DNA from: Raillietiella orientalis | Taxonomy: Eukaryota | Direction of reading: 5' to 3' | NCBI GenBank assembly: GCA_036172245.1 | Contig: JAYWIR010000011.1 | Span: 558,001 to 622,000, forward strand | DNA: 64,000 bases | In this document: one piece after another, positions 1 to 10,699 of the stretch | Position numbering within the stretch: the first letter of the stretch is position 1 | Layout: each line of letters starts with the position of its first letter | The notes under the pieces: generated by a model | What the model saw: the letters and a program-made list of their open reading frames with translations, nothing else | Databases searched by the model: none | Told to the model about the DNA's origin: nothing | Position numbers and translations under genes: made by a program

Positions 1-2940
1 CAGTGGTGGTGACAGTGGCGATCGGACAGCGCGGATCAGGAGAACCAGGGTAGCAGAACGGTGGACATCTGCTGTCAGTCGACCCAGGGTAGCATCTAAA
101 CGACGTTGTTGTAATGGCCGTAGTGGGGATTCTTGGCACTTCCTCTGGACACCTGGGGTCCGTGGATCCAGGAACGCAGCGGAATGGGGTGACGATCGAT
201 GGAGTGGTGCTTGCCGTGGTTGTGACTGGGGCCTCTGTTGAAGGTGTGGGTGTTCTGCAACGGACGTCTGTTGATCCCGGTACGCAGAAGAATGGAGCGG
301 ACGGTGTGCGTCCAGTGGTGGTGACAGTGGCGATCGGACAGCGCGGATCAGGAGAACCAGGGTAGCAGAACGGTGGACATCTGCTGTCAGTCGACCCAGG
401 GTAGCATCTGAACGACGTGGTTGTTCTGGCCGTAGTGGGGATTCTAGGGAATCCCTGTTGACATCTGGGGTCCGTGGATCCAGGAACGCAGCGGAATGGG
501 GTGACGATCGCTGGAGTAGTGCTTGCCGTGGTTGTGACTGGGGCCTCTGTTGAAGGTGTGGGTGTTCTGCAACGGACGTCGGTTGATCCCGGTACGCAGA
601 AGAATGGAGTGGACGGTGTGCGTCCAGTGGTGGTGACAGTGGCGATCGGACAGCGCGGATCAGGAGAACCAGGGTAGCAGAACGGTGGACATCTGCTGTC
701 AGTCGACCCAGGGTAGCATCTAAACGACGTTGTTGTAATGGCCGTAGTGGGGATTCTTGGCACTTCCTCTGGACACCTGGGGTCCGTGGATCCAGGAACG
801 CAGCGGAATGGGGTGACGATTGATGGAGTGGTGCTTGCCGTGGTTGTGACTGGGGCCTCTGTTGAAGGTGTGGGTGTTCTGCAACGGACGTCTGTTGATC
901 CCGGTACGCAGAAGAATGGAGTGGACGGTGTGCGTCCAGTGGTGGTGACAGTGGCGATCGGACAGCGCGGATCAGGAGAACCAGGGTAGCAGAAGGGCGG
1001 ACATCTGCTGTCAGTCGACCCAGGGTAGCATCTAAACGACGTGGTTGTCCTAGCCGTAGTGGGGATTCTTGGGAATCCCTGTTGACATCTGGGGTCCGTG
1101 GATCCAGGAACGCAGCGGAACGGGGTGACGATCGTTGGAATGGTGCTTGCCGTGGTTGTGACTGGGGCCTCTGTTGAAGGTGTGGGTGTTCTGCAACGGA
1201 CGTCTGTTGATCCCGGTACGCAGAAGAATGGAGTGGACGGTGTGCGTCGAGTGGTGGTCAGTGTGGCGATCGGACAGCGCGGATCAGGAGAACCAGGGTA
1301 GCAGAAGGGCGGACATCTGCTGTCAGTCGACCCAGGGTAGCATCTAAACGACGTTGTTGTCCTGGCCGTAGTGGGGATTCTTGGCACTTCCTCTGGACAC
1401 CTGGGGTCCGTGGATCCAGGAACGCAGCGGAATGGGGTGACGATCGTTGGAGTGGTGCTTGCCGTGGTTGTGACTGGGGCCTCTGTTGAAGGTGTGGGTG
1501 TTCTGCAACGGACGTCTGTTGATCCCGGAACGCAGAAGAATGGAGCGGACGGTGTGCGTCGAGTGGTGGTGACTGTGGCGATCGGACAGCGCGGATCAGG
1601 AGAACCAGGGTAGCAGAAGGGCGGACATCTGCTGTCAGTCGATCCAGGGTAGCATCTAAACGACGTGGTTGTCCTGGGCGTAGTGGGGATTCTTGGCACT
1701 TCCTGTAGACACCTGGGGTCCGTGGATCCAGGAACGCAGCCGAATGGGGTGACGATCGTTGGAGTGGTGCTTGCCGGTTTTGGCTGGGGCTTCTGTTGAA
1801 GGTGTGGGTGTTCTGCAACGGACGTCTGTTGATCCCGGAACGCAGAAGAATGGAGCGGACGGTGTGCGTCGAGTGGTGGTGACTGTGGCGATCGGACAGC
1901 GCGGATCAGGAGAACCAGGGTAGCAGAAGGGCGGACATCTGCTGTCAGTCGATCCAGGGTAGCATCTAAACGACGTGGTTGTCCTGGGCGTAGTGGGGAT
2001 TCTTGGCACTTCCTGTAGACACCTGGGGTCCGTGGATCCAAGAACGCAGCCGAATGGGGTGACGATCGTTGGAGTGGTGCTTGCCGTGGTTGTGACTGGG
2101 GCTTCTGTTGAAGGTGTGGGTGTTCTGCAACGGACGTCTGTTGATCCCGGAACGCAGAAGAATGGAGCGGACGGTGTGCGTCGAGTGGTGGTGACTGTGG
2201 CGATCGGACAGCGCGGATCAGGAGAACCCGGGTAGCAGAACGGTGGACATCTGCTGTCAGTCGACCCAGGGTAGCATCTAAACGACGTGGTTGTCCTGGC
2301 CGTAGTGGGGATTCTAGGGAATTCCTGTTGACATCTGGGGTCCGTGGATCCAGGAACGCAGCGGAATGGGGTGACGATCGATGGAGTGGTGCTTGCCGTG
2401 GTTGTGACTGGGGCCTCTGTTGAAGGTGTGGGTGTTCTGCAACGGACGTCTGTTGATCCCGGTACGCAGAAGAATGGAGTGGACGGTGTGCGTCCAGTGG
2501 TGGTGACAGTGGCGATCGGACAGCGCGGATCAGGAGAACCAGGGTAGCAGAAGGGCGGACATCTGCTGTCAGTCGACCCAGGGTAGCATCTAAACGACGT
2601 GGTTGTCCTGGCCGTAGTGGGGATTCTAGGGAATTCCTGTTGACATCTGGGGTCCGTGGATCCAGGAACGCAGCGGAATGGGGTGACGATCGATGGAGTG
2701 GTGCTTGCCGTGGTTGTGACTGGGGCCTCTGTTGAAGGTGTGGGTGTTCTGCAACGGACGTCTGTTGATCCCGGTACGCAGAAGAATGGAACGGAAGGTG
2801 TGCGTCCAGTGGTGGTGACTGTGGCGATCGGGCAGCGCGGATCAGGAGAACCCGGGTAGCAGAACGGTGGACATCTGCTGTCAGTCGATCCAGGGTAGCA
2901 GAGCGGCGGGCATCTGCTGTCTGTTGATCCCGGGTAGCAT
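1..2940. repeat. Coding tandem repeat, 312-bp unit (104 aa), 9 full copies plus a partial copy
   Basis: Equivalent unit starts at 1, 313, 625, 937, 1249, 1561, 1871, 2183, 2495, 2807; all spacings are 312 except one of 310. Each unit encodes four C-x8-C modules separated by T/P-rich spacers on the minus strand. Confidence 0.97.
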
Positions 2941-3422
2941 CTAAACGTCGTCGGCGTTGTGGGAATTCTTTGCACTGCGTGTTGGCATCTGGGTTCCGTG
3001 GATCCGGGTGTGCAGTGTAATGGAGTGAAGACAGGAATTTTCTCTGTTAATGGTTTTCGTCCGCAACGGATATCTGTAGTTCCGGGGAGGCATGTTAGTG
3101 GAGTTACCACGGCAGGAGTAATTGTTCCATTCGTGGATGGAGCTGGTTTTGGCGGTTTAACTCCGCATTGCGAATCAGTGGATCCAGGTTGGCATAGCAG
3201 TGGTTGTTTGGATGTTGGTACTTTTTCGTGTGTTTCACTTTTGCACTTTGCATCCGCCGTCTTAGGATGACATGCAGGGTAGCATTTGGGATCATATATT
3301 TCGGGTGCACATTCACTGTGTTCATGAATTTTTGTTACTTTTGGTTTAGTGTAGTTTTGTTTTGGGATGAGTGTATGGAGGGGTGGGCTATAGCACTGTT
3401 CTTCGCAATTGTAAAGGCATAT
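1..3422 (-). CDS. ZP unit A, large last visible exon (3'-partial): end of ZP-C (ICLYNCEEQC), then Cys-module/Thr-Pro mucin-like tandem repeats; frameshift near 1777-1783
   Basis: Acceptor CAG at 3425-3423; phase 0 matches the preceding exon. Reads ICLYNCEEQCYSPP...CQPGSTDSQC...CLPGTTDIRC and joins ORF 1656..3110 with repeated CYPGSTDSRC/CVPGSTDPRC. The same repeat frame continues to the window edge beyond the 2-nt lesion. A ZP domain plus CxPGSxDPRC repeats recalls insect Zye-like ZP proteins (from memory, not verified). Confidence 0.88.
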
Positions 3423-3505
3423 CTGGAAATTGGTAGATTTCGAGTTATTATGTTGTTGAAATGACTTTTTTACTTGTTTGCATTAATTAACTTATTTGGC
3501 ATTAC

Positions 3506-3632
3506 CTCTGCAGTGCAGGTTATATATATTTGTGCTGTATCTGGGAAACGAAAGGCGTTCATCAAGGAATAGGATGTTAGAACTCCATTCCTATCCCTCT
3601 GTTTCTTCCACTCCGACATCATTTTCGGCTTT
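3506..3632 (-). CDS. ZP unit A internal exon, ZP-C (KPKMMSEW...MNAFRFPDTAQIYITCTAE)
   Basis: Acceptor CTCTTAG (3635-3633), donor GAG|GTAATG; 127 nt, phase 2->0. Contains the cuticlin-type AFRFPD motif and aligns with unit B LNAFRFPDSSQVHFAC. Flanking introns are 55 and 83 nt. Confidence 0.92.
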
Positions 3633-3687
3633 CTAAGAGTGAACATGTTTTAGAATCTGATGATGACGCAATTTTTTGGCCACTTAC

Positions 3688-3866
3688 GTGGAACATCCTT
3701 TTGAATTTGTCAGAGGGAACTTTGTCGTGAATTCTGAATCGAGGTCATAGCGGTCATATGCGATGCAATCCTTGATGCGTAGATCGAGGATTTGGCTAAT
3801 GTCTTGGATGGTTATTATTATTGACAAGGTTTCTCCCAGTTGCAAATCCTCCTCAATGGGATACAC
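3688..3866 (-). CDS. ZP unit A internal exon, ZP-C (VYPIEEDLQLGETLSIII...DCIAYD...GCST)
   Basis: Acceptor CTCCTAG|GTG, donor AC|GTAAGT; 179 nt, phase 0->2. Aligns with unit B GDELSIVV...KNCFASD...GCSL. Confidence 0.92.
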
Positions 3867-3949
3867 CTAGGAGTAGGGATGGCACACACATGAAATGCTC
3901 TTAGTTCTTAGTGACTTTCGAGTTTGAATGGCGGTATTGCAACTTTGAA

Positions 3950-4500
3950 TAGGATGTGGGGTGCTCGTGAGTTTTGTGACATTCTTCGTTACTGCAGGAA
4001 AGTGCTTTGGCTGTAATCGGCAGAATGCTTTTTCATCGACGTGTCTAAGGGCGTGCTGGTAGCGTGCAAGTTACGCAGTCGAAATGGTTAGGCCTTCTTA
4101 CACAATGAATGCATTCCTCCAAGTGGAAAGACGTTTCCGAGCTGTTTGGGAGAGAATACGTGTGGTGTATGAAACGGTGCATGAAAATGATTCCTAGGTA
4201 CGAATGTGATTCTTGGAACCTTGTGGTTTGGAATTTGCATGGAAATCGATGCGTCTGTGCAAGAAAATGAGAATTCGGGAGTCGCCTGCCATTGTCTGTT
4301 GCACTTCTTGGAGTATTTTATAATACGTATGCTGAGCACGGAATCAGCAGCCCTAGTCGAGCTGTGCTCTCAAAGAAACAGCGTGTCATTCGGTCCACGG
4401 ACTAAGCTTCTCAGTGCATACTTTTGGAGTCGAACTTGCACCATTTGCTTCCAAGAAAGAAGGACTTCTCTGCTCGCGGGATGGAATTCAGTCGAACGCG
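3950..4500 (-). mobile_element. Decayed Penelope-like element fragment (RT thumb to GIY-YIG region), intronic; boundaries approximate
   Basis: Minus-strand LQKYALRSLVR (~4429-4397) resembles the thumb HPxxQKxxxxxSLVxRA region. It is followed by a linker-like KVPRITFVPRN and GNVFPL..SLCKKA (EN-like) in the expected order. By-eye match across frameshifts. Confidence 0.45.
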
Positions 4501-4896
4501 CCCTACTGATTGAATCAGAAAAGGGAAACGCTACATAAACCTCAACCTCGGAAAGAGTTCATGCCTCGAAGCCAAAAAGAACACACAAAAAAAAAATTCG
4601 CGCTCATCATGCAGAGTGCAACGTCTCAATCGAGGAGCTGCTCATCAGTTATTAGTGGTCTTCGGGTTCTCAGCTGACTTTGCGTTTAAAGAAGAAACAC
4701 GCGTGGTGCTTTGCGTGTCGCGCGGAGTTGCTTTTGAGGCAATTAGCGCGGCGGAGGAATGATAGGGCCTCGGCGTACGAATGCCAACGCAGGAGATTGC
4801 TCCACTTTGAATGCCGCGTGCTTTCAAGCTTCCCCTAATGAGCCAAGATGGTGTCTTCAGCGACCGAATGGAAAGCATTCGTAAAATATATCTTAC

Positions 4897-5061
4897 ATCA
4901 GGGTATTTCCCTCTTTTTATTTCCATGGAGCACCGCGGTTCGAACTTGATGACTTGTCTGACGTCCTCCTCGAAGACGGTGTTCACCAGGAATGGGTTGA
5001 AGGCGACTTTTTTCTCTAACGTGTTTTTCCTTGTGCAGGAAAGGGTGTGAGAGACTCTGTC
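4897..5061 (-). CDS. ZP unit A internal exon, end of ZP-N to start of ZP-C (DRVSHTLSC...KKVAFNPF...CSMEIKRGKYPD)
   Basis: Branch-like CTAAC, pyrimidine tract and TTTTCAG acceptor; donor GAT|GTAAGA; 165 nt, phase 0->0. Aligns with unit B ISCEWEDTFRKRIVFNPISV...CWMDIQRGAGP. Confidence 0.92.
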
Positions 5062-5699
5062 CTGAAAAGACGAAAGTAAAAGTTAGCGCGTCTTTGATGT
5101 TCATTCCGACGTCTTCGAGCAGAGACTCGTCGTCGACGAGCATCCTAAACCCCTTTTTCGCCCCCCCTTTCCGGGCCAGACCTGGCTCTACGCAAAGGAC
5201 CTTCCCTTTGCATAGAGGTGAGCGCAATGCAATTCGTTTTCATGTATGATTGCGATAGAAGTGCATGGATTGATATGTGGTTACCTCTTTGCCTTGTTTT
5301 GTACGAAGTTCCCACACTCTGCATTTCGAAAGGGAAGAAAGGGGTTGAAGGGAAAGAAACGAAGTCATCTCTATTTGATGCGTAATTAGCATATGCGCAC
5401 ACATTTATGTTTGCTTAATCAGAACGCGTTTAAATCATATCCTGGAAAATCGATTTTTCCTTCAAAAGATGCTGAGCGACGAATAAAAAAGGTAGAGGGG
5501 ACTGCTAGCTGCCTTGCTGATAGAAGTGGCAGCAGAACCCTATCCCCCCCCCCCCTTCCTCGTGGGAAGAGATAGCCATGTAATGGAATGGTGAAAGAAT
5601 AAAAACCATTAGATGCAGAAGTCGGTCCACCTGCCATTCATCTGCAGCGCTAAACCATGAAGGATGCTTTCGCGGGTTCTGAAACGTTCCTTTTGCATG

Positions 5700-6300
5700 C
5701 AAAACGGTAGACCACTTTGACCGTTTCGTGATTTTGTTCTTCGACATCGAGATTCCCTGAATCGCTGAAGTTGTAGGTTGATCTTATAGGTCAGCGAGGC
5801 TCTCACTAATCATTTTAGCTTTCTCTGTTCTAGACTAGAGATCTGAACCAGAAAAAATAAGCGAATGCTCCCACACTCAAGCTACCCCTTGTTCGAAGAT
5901 AAGTTCTCACTTTCTTACTACCTTTAGAGCGATTCTACTCCGCAACTTTGCTCGCTTGGAAGAGGCAATACCGTCTTTGCCATATCCCGGTCTTTCGCTC
6001 TCTCAGACACGTCGGGAAGATCACTGAATGAGTCGTTTTCGAATCTATCCGTGCCTCCTTGTCCTATTTTGGCGATTTCTGTGCCGCTGCCAGGGTTGGG
6101 TTTGCAAGAGGGAAAAAGGAAGCAAAGTACTTCCCATCGTGAGGTCTCATAGCGACCACCCTGGATTCACCAGCAAATCCAACAGCAACGTCTCGGAACA
6201 CTTAGGGACTGACGACCATACTTAGCGGCAGGCGACGGCCATCGTGCTGCATTGAGGATTTGTACACGTCGGGGTTGTACATACCGATCGGGTGAGGAGC
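5700..6300 (+). mobile_element. Decayed Penelope-like element 3' part (thumb, linker, GIY-YIG); boundaries approximate
   Basis: In order: HSSYPL (NGYP-like, ~5873), SLPYPGLS (5974-5997, LPYxxGLS linker), FLCRCQG..REKG (EN Cys pair) and SNVSEHLGTDDH (SAxxEHxxxxGH-like, ~6184-6219). Confidence 0.6.
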
Positions 6301-6899
6301 TCGAGGTGCAGGAATGTCACGAATCGACTTTCATTCGTGTATGTTGCTAAGATCTCGTAAACGTCTTCGCTCATTTGTTCTTTTGGCTATTGGTACTCGA
6401 GATGAGGTTGCTTCACCTTGCCTGTCGAGCGTACATTTTCGGTGGACGCAGTCGATCCGGAGGCATCCGATGGTCAGAAACGCCCTCCTTCTTGACACAA
6501 CGGGTTTGCACTTGTCTTTGGACTATTTGCGACGGAAACGGAAGCGGAAGCAAGAACTGGCTGCATTTCCTTCTAATCGGATTCCTGTTCCTAATTTGAC
6601 GAACCTGGATCGAATCCAGGTCTGTCAAATTCGAAACTGAAGATAATGTATGTACACATATGAATATCTTCAGGACATACATGCATCTTCACTTACTCAT
6701 TTTGAATACGTTCATATAGAAAGTAAGAAAAGAATAAGTTTCCATTTGAAGCCTTTTGTTTCTCAGATTTTTTTTTTTTTTTTCTTGTGGTCCTCTGAAC
6801 ATCAATTTTCTTGAAGCAACCAAAGCGTAAGCGATTGCGGAGTCGCCCTTTGATAGTGCAATGAAATCGAAACGGATCGTTGAGTGCAAAACAGATTGG

Positions 6900-7620
6900 C
6901 GTGGACTCGTTGGCAACCCTTTCTCTTTCAGCAGTCCCTTGCACTGCAGTCGAAGAGGGGGGGGGGGAGGGAACCACGTGGATAGTTGGTGAAGCAACAG
7001 GGAAGACCACCACTGATCTGCTAATGTGATTTTCCTGAATTGTGGTCGAAGGCAACTGAAAGGGCTGGGCAGCTGAAACTTTCGATGCGAAGGCGCTCTT
7101 AGCACTCCCGACCAATGACCAATGGAGGGGGTGTCTCCCTACTCCAGTGTTCTCTTGAGGATTGGTATCGCGCTCCTCTCATGCAAAGATACGAGTTCTC
7201 AGAAGGAGGAGGGAAGAAGTGAATGAGGATCTCCCGGACAGAAAATTTTGTGACCATCAGAGAGAGGGATGCTGCAGTCCAAGAAGTAATCTGCTTGAGG
7301 TCAGCGTTTAAGATGTCAAGGAACATGTCGTGAGAAAGAAGTTGAGACCGTTGCAGATGAGAAATCAAAAAGAGGTGACCACAAGTGAACGAATCCAAAC
7401 AATTTCCGTGTTCGAGTTATGAGCCGTGCCGAAAACTCAGTGAATGTTCAACGGCAGAAGGCTTTGAACGACTGTTTTACCAGAACTCTGGAGACATTTC
7501 ACAGGGGTGATTCCATATGAAGCCCGGGATGCTGATGTAATGAATTATTCTGGAAGCCTCGGGAAGGTAGCGGGAAAATTGCGATCGTTCGTACTGAATC
7601 AGCGTAGCCGGAGAACTCGA
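6900..7620 (-). mobile_element. Decayed Penelope-like RT core; boundaries approximate
   Basis: Minus strand, in order: PATFPRLP../IIHYISIP (PKIHK-like), LFDFSSAT (SFDVxSL-like), ENSYLCMRGARYQS (YFxFxGxxYxQ-like, ~7201-7160). Confidence 0.5.
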
Positions 7621-7849
7621 CGCGGTCTGCATCGCCAAGCCATATCTTTCCGATTCAGCAAGTCCTAACCATTCTACGCCTGAGTCCCATTTCAGAAAAA
7701 ATGCGACGTCCCGAACGCCTCTTCCTTTTCAAACGAACGTCAGACTCGTTCCCTCCTATTCCATCACGGGGAAGGGGGGGGGGAAGGGGAAGCGAACGAG
7801 AAGTACCTACTGCCGTCAGTGCGATCAGCACATGCTTCGAGGGCACGCG

Positions 7850-9450
7850 TTCAAGGTCTCATCAGCAGCAAAATCATCCACCGAAAAACAATCCAGCATC
7901 TCACCCTCTCCCCTCCCCCCTTCTTGTCTACTTCTTCAAAACCAGCGCACACGGCTTCTATCCACATGGAGACAATTTTGCAAATACGAAAGGAACATGG
8001 TTTCCCACACCTCCTTTTCCATCAGCCCTAAAGAACTCCTTTACCTCCAGCTGCTGTCTCCCACGCACCAACGTGCGTTGGTACCGAGGTCGGCCTTTAC
8101 GAACCTGACTCGCGAGGGGGGCCGGGAATTGCGGCCACAGGAGCAAGCGATTCGCGCCACCCTCCCTCGCCCTGATACGTCCGCGCCATCTCAGAAGAAA
8201 TTCGACACGAACGCCTCAACGCCTTCCTTCTCGGACAACGAGCCACTGATCCTACAACCGCCCTGCACCACCTTATGCGCTCGACTGCTGGATCTCATCC
8301 TTCCTTCCTTGGATACGCCGCATCCAGCACGCAGTAGCTTGGCATCAAGCCAGAAGTGCACGCACCGCAAGCCAAGTGGCGGGGGAGGGGGGTGGGATGT
8401 CGCAGCATCCAGACCACGTAGTCCCCCGAATTTCCAGTAAATGCTCACCTCCATCTTCTCACGCATCCCAGTGTGCCCCTCAGGTTTTCCGCAGCCTCAC
8501 GCTCTGCGTTCGCGAGAGGCATCGTTTCCTGTCTTCAACCGGGACCAAGCATCGCACGATGTGTGACACACGAGATGCGCCCCTGATTTCGTGTCGCACT
8601 TGGCTTTGGTTGAAAGTGCTGCACAGTATCGAATAAGAGGTCGCAATCCGAAATGTCGGGTGAGACGGTGCAAATATGCGGACGAGGAACCTCATCCACA
8701 GGCACGTGACACGCGCGAGGAACCTTCCATCCTTTCACTCGATCCCGGATTCGAGGCAGCACGGATGCGGAAAGCCTCTGGAGAGCAAAGGAGCCTTCCG
8801 AGAGCACTCGGTGCCGCCCGAAAGATGACAGCCTGGCCACGGAGCTAGAGCGTCTTGTCATCCGACTCGAAGGCATGATCCGTGCTGTACGGGAATGCAC
8901 TGACGCTCACGTCCTTAAGGAAACAGAGAAGGCTTCTGCCCACCTCTAGAAAAGTGAGGGCGCAACGAGTTCGCCGAGACGGGAGGCTAAACGTTTCGAA
9001 CGCAACGCAACCGCGTTTATGGGCACCACGCATTCGCCTCGCATCCGCGTAGAAAAGTGGTGAGACCTGGCGTTGAACTCACCCTTGCGAGTATTCGAAG
9101 CGCAGCCTCATGGCGGCTGCACCGAAAGGTAGCGTCGAACTCCCTCATCGTACTGGGTCGGTCGCCTTCCTCCCAGGTGGCGTCGCTGAAGCGCCCCCTT
9201 CCCCCCCCCCCCCCAGTCGGTCGTTTCGTTCCTACTCCTTCGAACAAATGCAAAAGAGACGGAATATGACCTCCCTTCAATGCAAAAGGGGCCACCTTCC
9301 GTCACCGGGTTACGATCACGTGCCGCCTCGCTGCGGTGAAAGGCGGATCGGTACCAGAGCGGCGAGAGTTCCCGGACTGGAGTGTCTTTGGGAGGAATCC
9401 CAGTTGTCATGGAATCGGTGACTTTCGAGATACAGAAGCACGCCTAAATT
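7850..9450 (+). mobile_element. Near full-length decayed Penelope-like element (RT plus GIY-YIG); boundaries approximate
   Basis: Canonical order across frameshifts: EPLIL..CARLLDLILPSL (~8240-8311), WDVAA (~8393), VFNRDQ..TRCAP, KYADE (~8672, YxDD-like), SLDPG, ASCHP/EGMIRAV, VELPHRTG, GYDHVPPRCGERRIG (~9308-9352, VYxIPCxCGxxYIG-like). Confidence 0.68.
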
Positions 9451-9888
9451 ACATCAAGGCACCTGTCTGCAGCTCACCTATTTCCGTAAAAAAATGCGAG
9501 CTTTCGCTAGTGTGAAAGCATCACCACGCTACAGTCCCCAGCACTACTGCTAATCACAATAAAGAATCATCAGCAGTCAGGAAGTCACCGAGAGTCAGAA
9601 TTTCCAAGGCAGATTTGCTTTCAATCAGAGGGTTTTTTTTTTTTTTCTTGTCTTTCAAAGGAAAAAGCCTTTGCTGATTCAAGCTGCCTGTAACAGCTCT
9701 CCGCTCATTCCATGATTCGAAACTCTCTTGGCTCTCTCTGTAACACGCCTCCAGAAACAGACCCCACCCCACCCCACCCCCACGTTCGTTCTCGAGCATT
9801 GCAAACACCAACCGCGTTTCGGGGGATTCGGCGTGGGGGATGGTGGACGAATCAATGGACCGCAAGGAAGGGCGGCGGCATCCGTTAC

Positions 9889-10021
9889 CTTGTCTTGGGA
9901 GCCCTGTATGATGATTGTGTTTTCGGTGACCCGCTCCTCGTCCGTTCTCACGATGGAGCCGCAAGAAAACTTGGAGATTCTGAATCGATACTGCTTTCTG
10001 TTCGAGTTCCATTCGACGTAT
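9889..10021 (-). CDS. ZP unit A first recognisable exon, second half of ZP-N (R|YVEWNSNRKQYRFRISKFSCG...ENTIIIQGSQDK)
   Basis: Acceptor CTCTCTTTCTTCCAG|A, donor AAG|GTAACG; 133 nt, phase 2->0, compatible with the 5061 exon. Aligns with unit B R|YTKPNSNQTSLQFFVPMNGCG...NVIILQ. Confidence 0.88.
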
Positions 10022-10699
10022 CTGGAAGAAAGAGAGGGCCGTGAAACACGGGTGTCCCGGCTTTGGGAAAACGAACACGGAAAGGGACAGGAGGGATGCT
10101 CGAAGGGGGGGGAAAGTCGGGAAAGAGCACCGAGGTCGGCAACCAGCCGGCTCGGAAACGACAAGAATCCGACGAACCGCAATTCCTGCAGCGCCTTCGG
10201 ATATTTTGCGACACGACAGCGTGCTCGGTGTCTGCGAGAAACTCCATCCTCCCGTGGCATTTTCTCACCTCTCGGCGGAAGCAGTGCTGCTTTGTTTTTC
10301 TGGAATTTTCCAGCCGACCACCTGCCGTCGACGTGGTGGCGAAGAAGAAGGGTCAACGAGATCGAAAGGGGAAGGACAACCTGCTGCAGCCCACGATTCT
10401 ACTCCAAGATGCTCAAGGGATTCAGATGTCTTGCATCGAGGGACTCTCGCGCTGAAGATGGCGTGAGGCATCCGCGTTCGGAACAGGGGGAGGGTTAGCA
10501 GCGACATGGGGCGACCCGGATGCACTGGCATGGCTTACTCGAGGAATTGCTCCCCACCCATGGAACTGTGCCGTCAACATTACTTACATCCAGCGACATC
10601 TTTTAATGATCCCGAGTCGCACGGATACTTGGAGAGCTTTCCGCATCCGCGGGCACACACTTCCGGCTGCATTCTTCTTCCCTCGAAACCCTTCGCATC

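Noticed and set aside
114..2859. Repeated plus-strand ORFs (MDPGTQRNGVT...) and a CRISPR-like or multigene appearance
   Set aside because: They are antisense shadows of the minus-strand coding repeat; units are contiguous 312-mers with no unique spacers.
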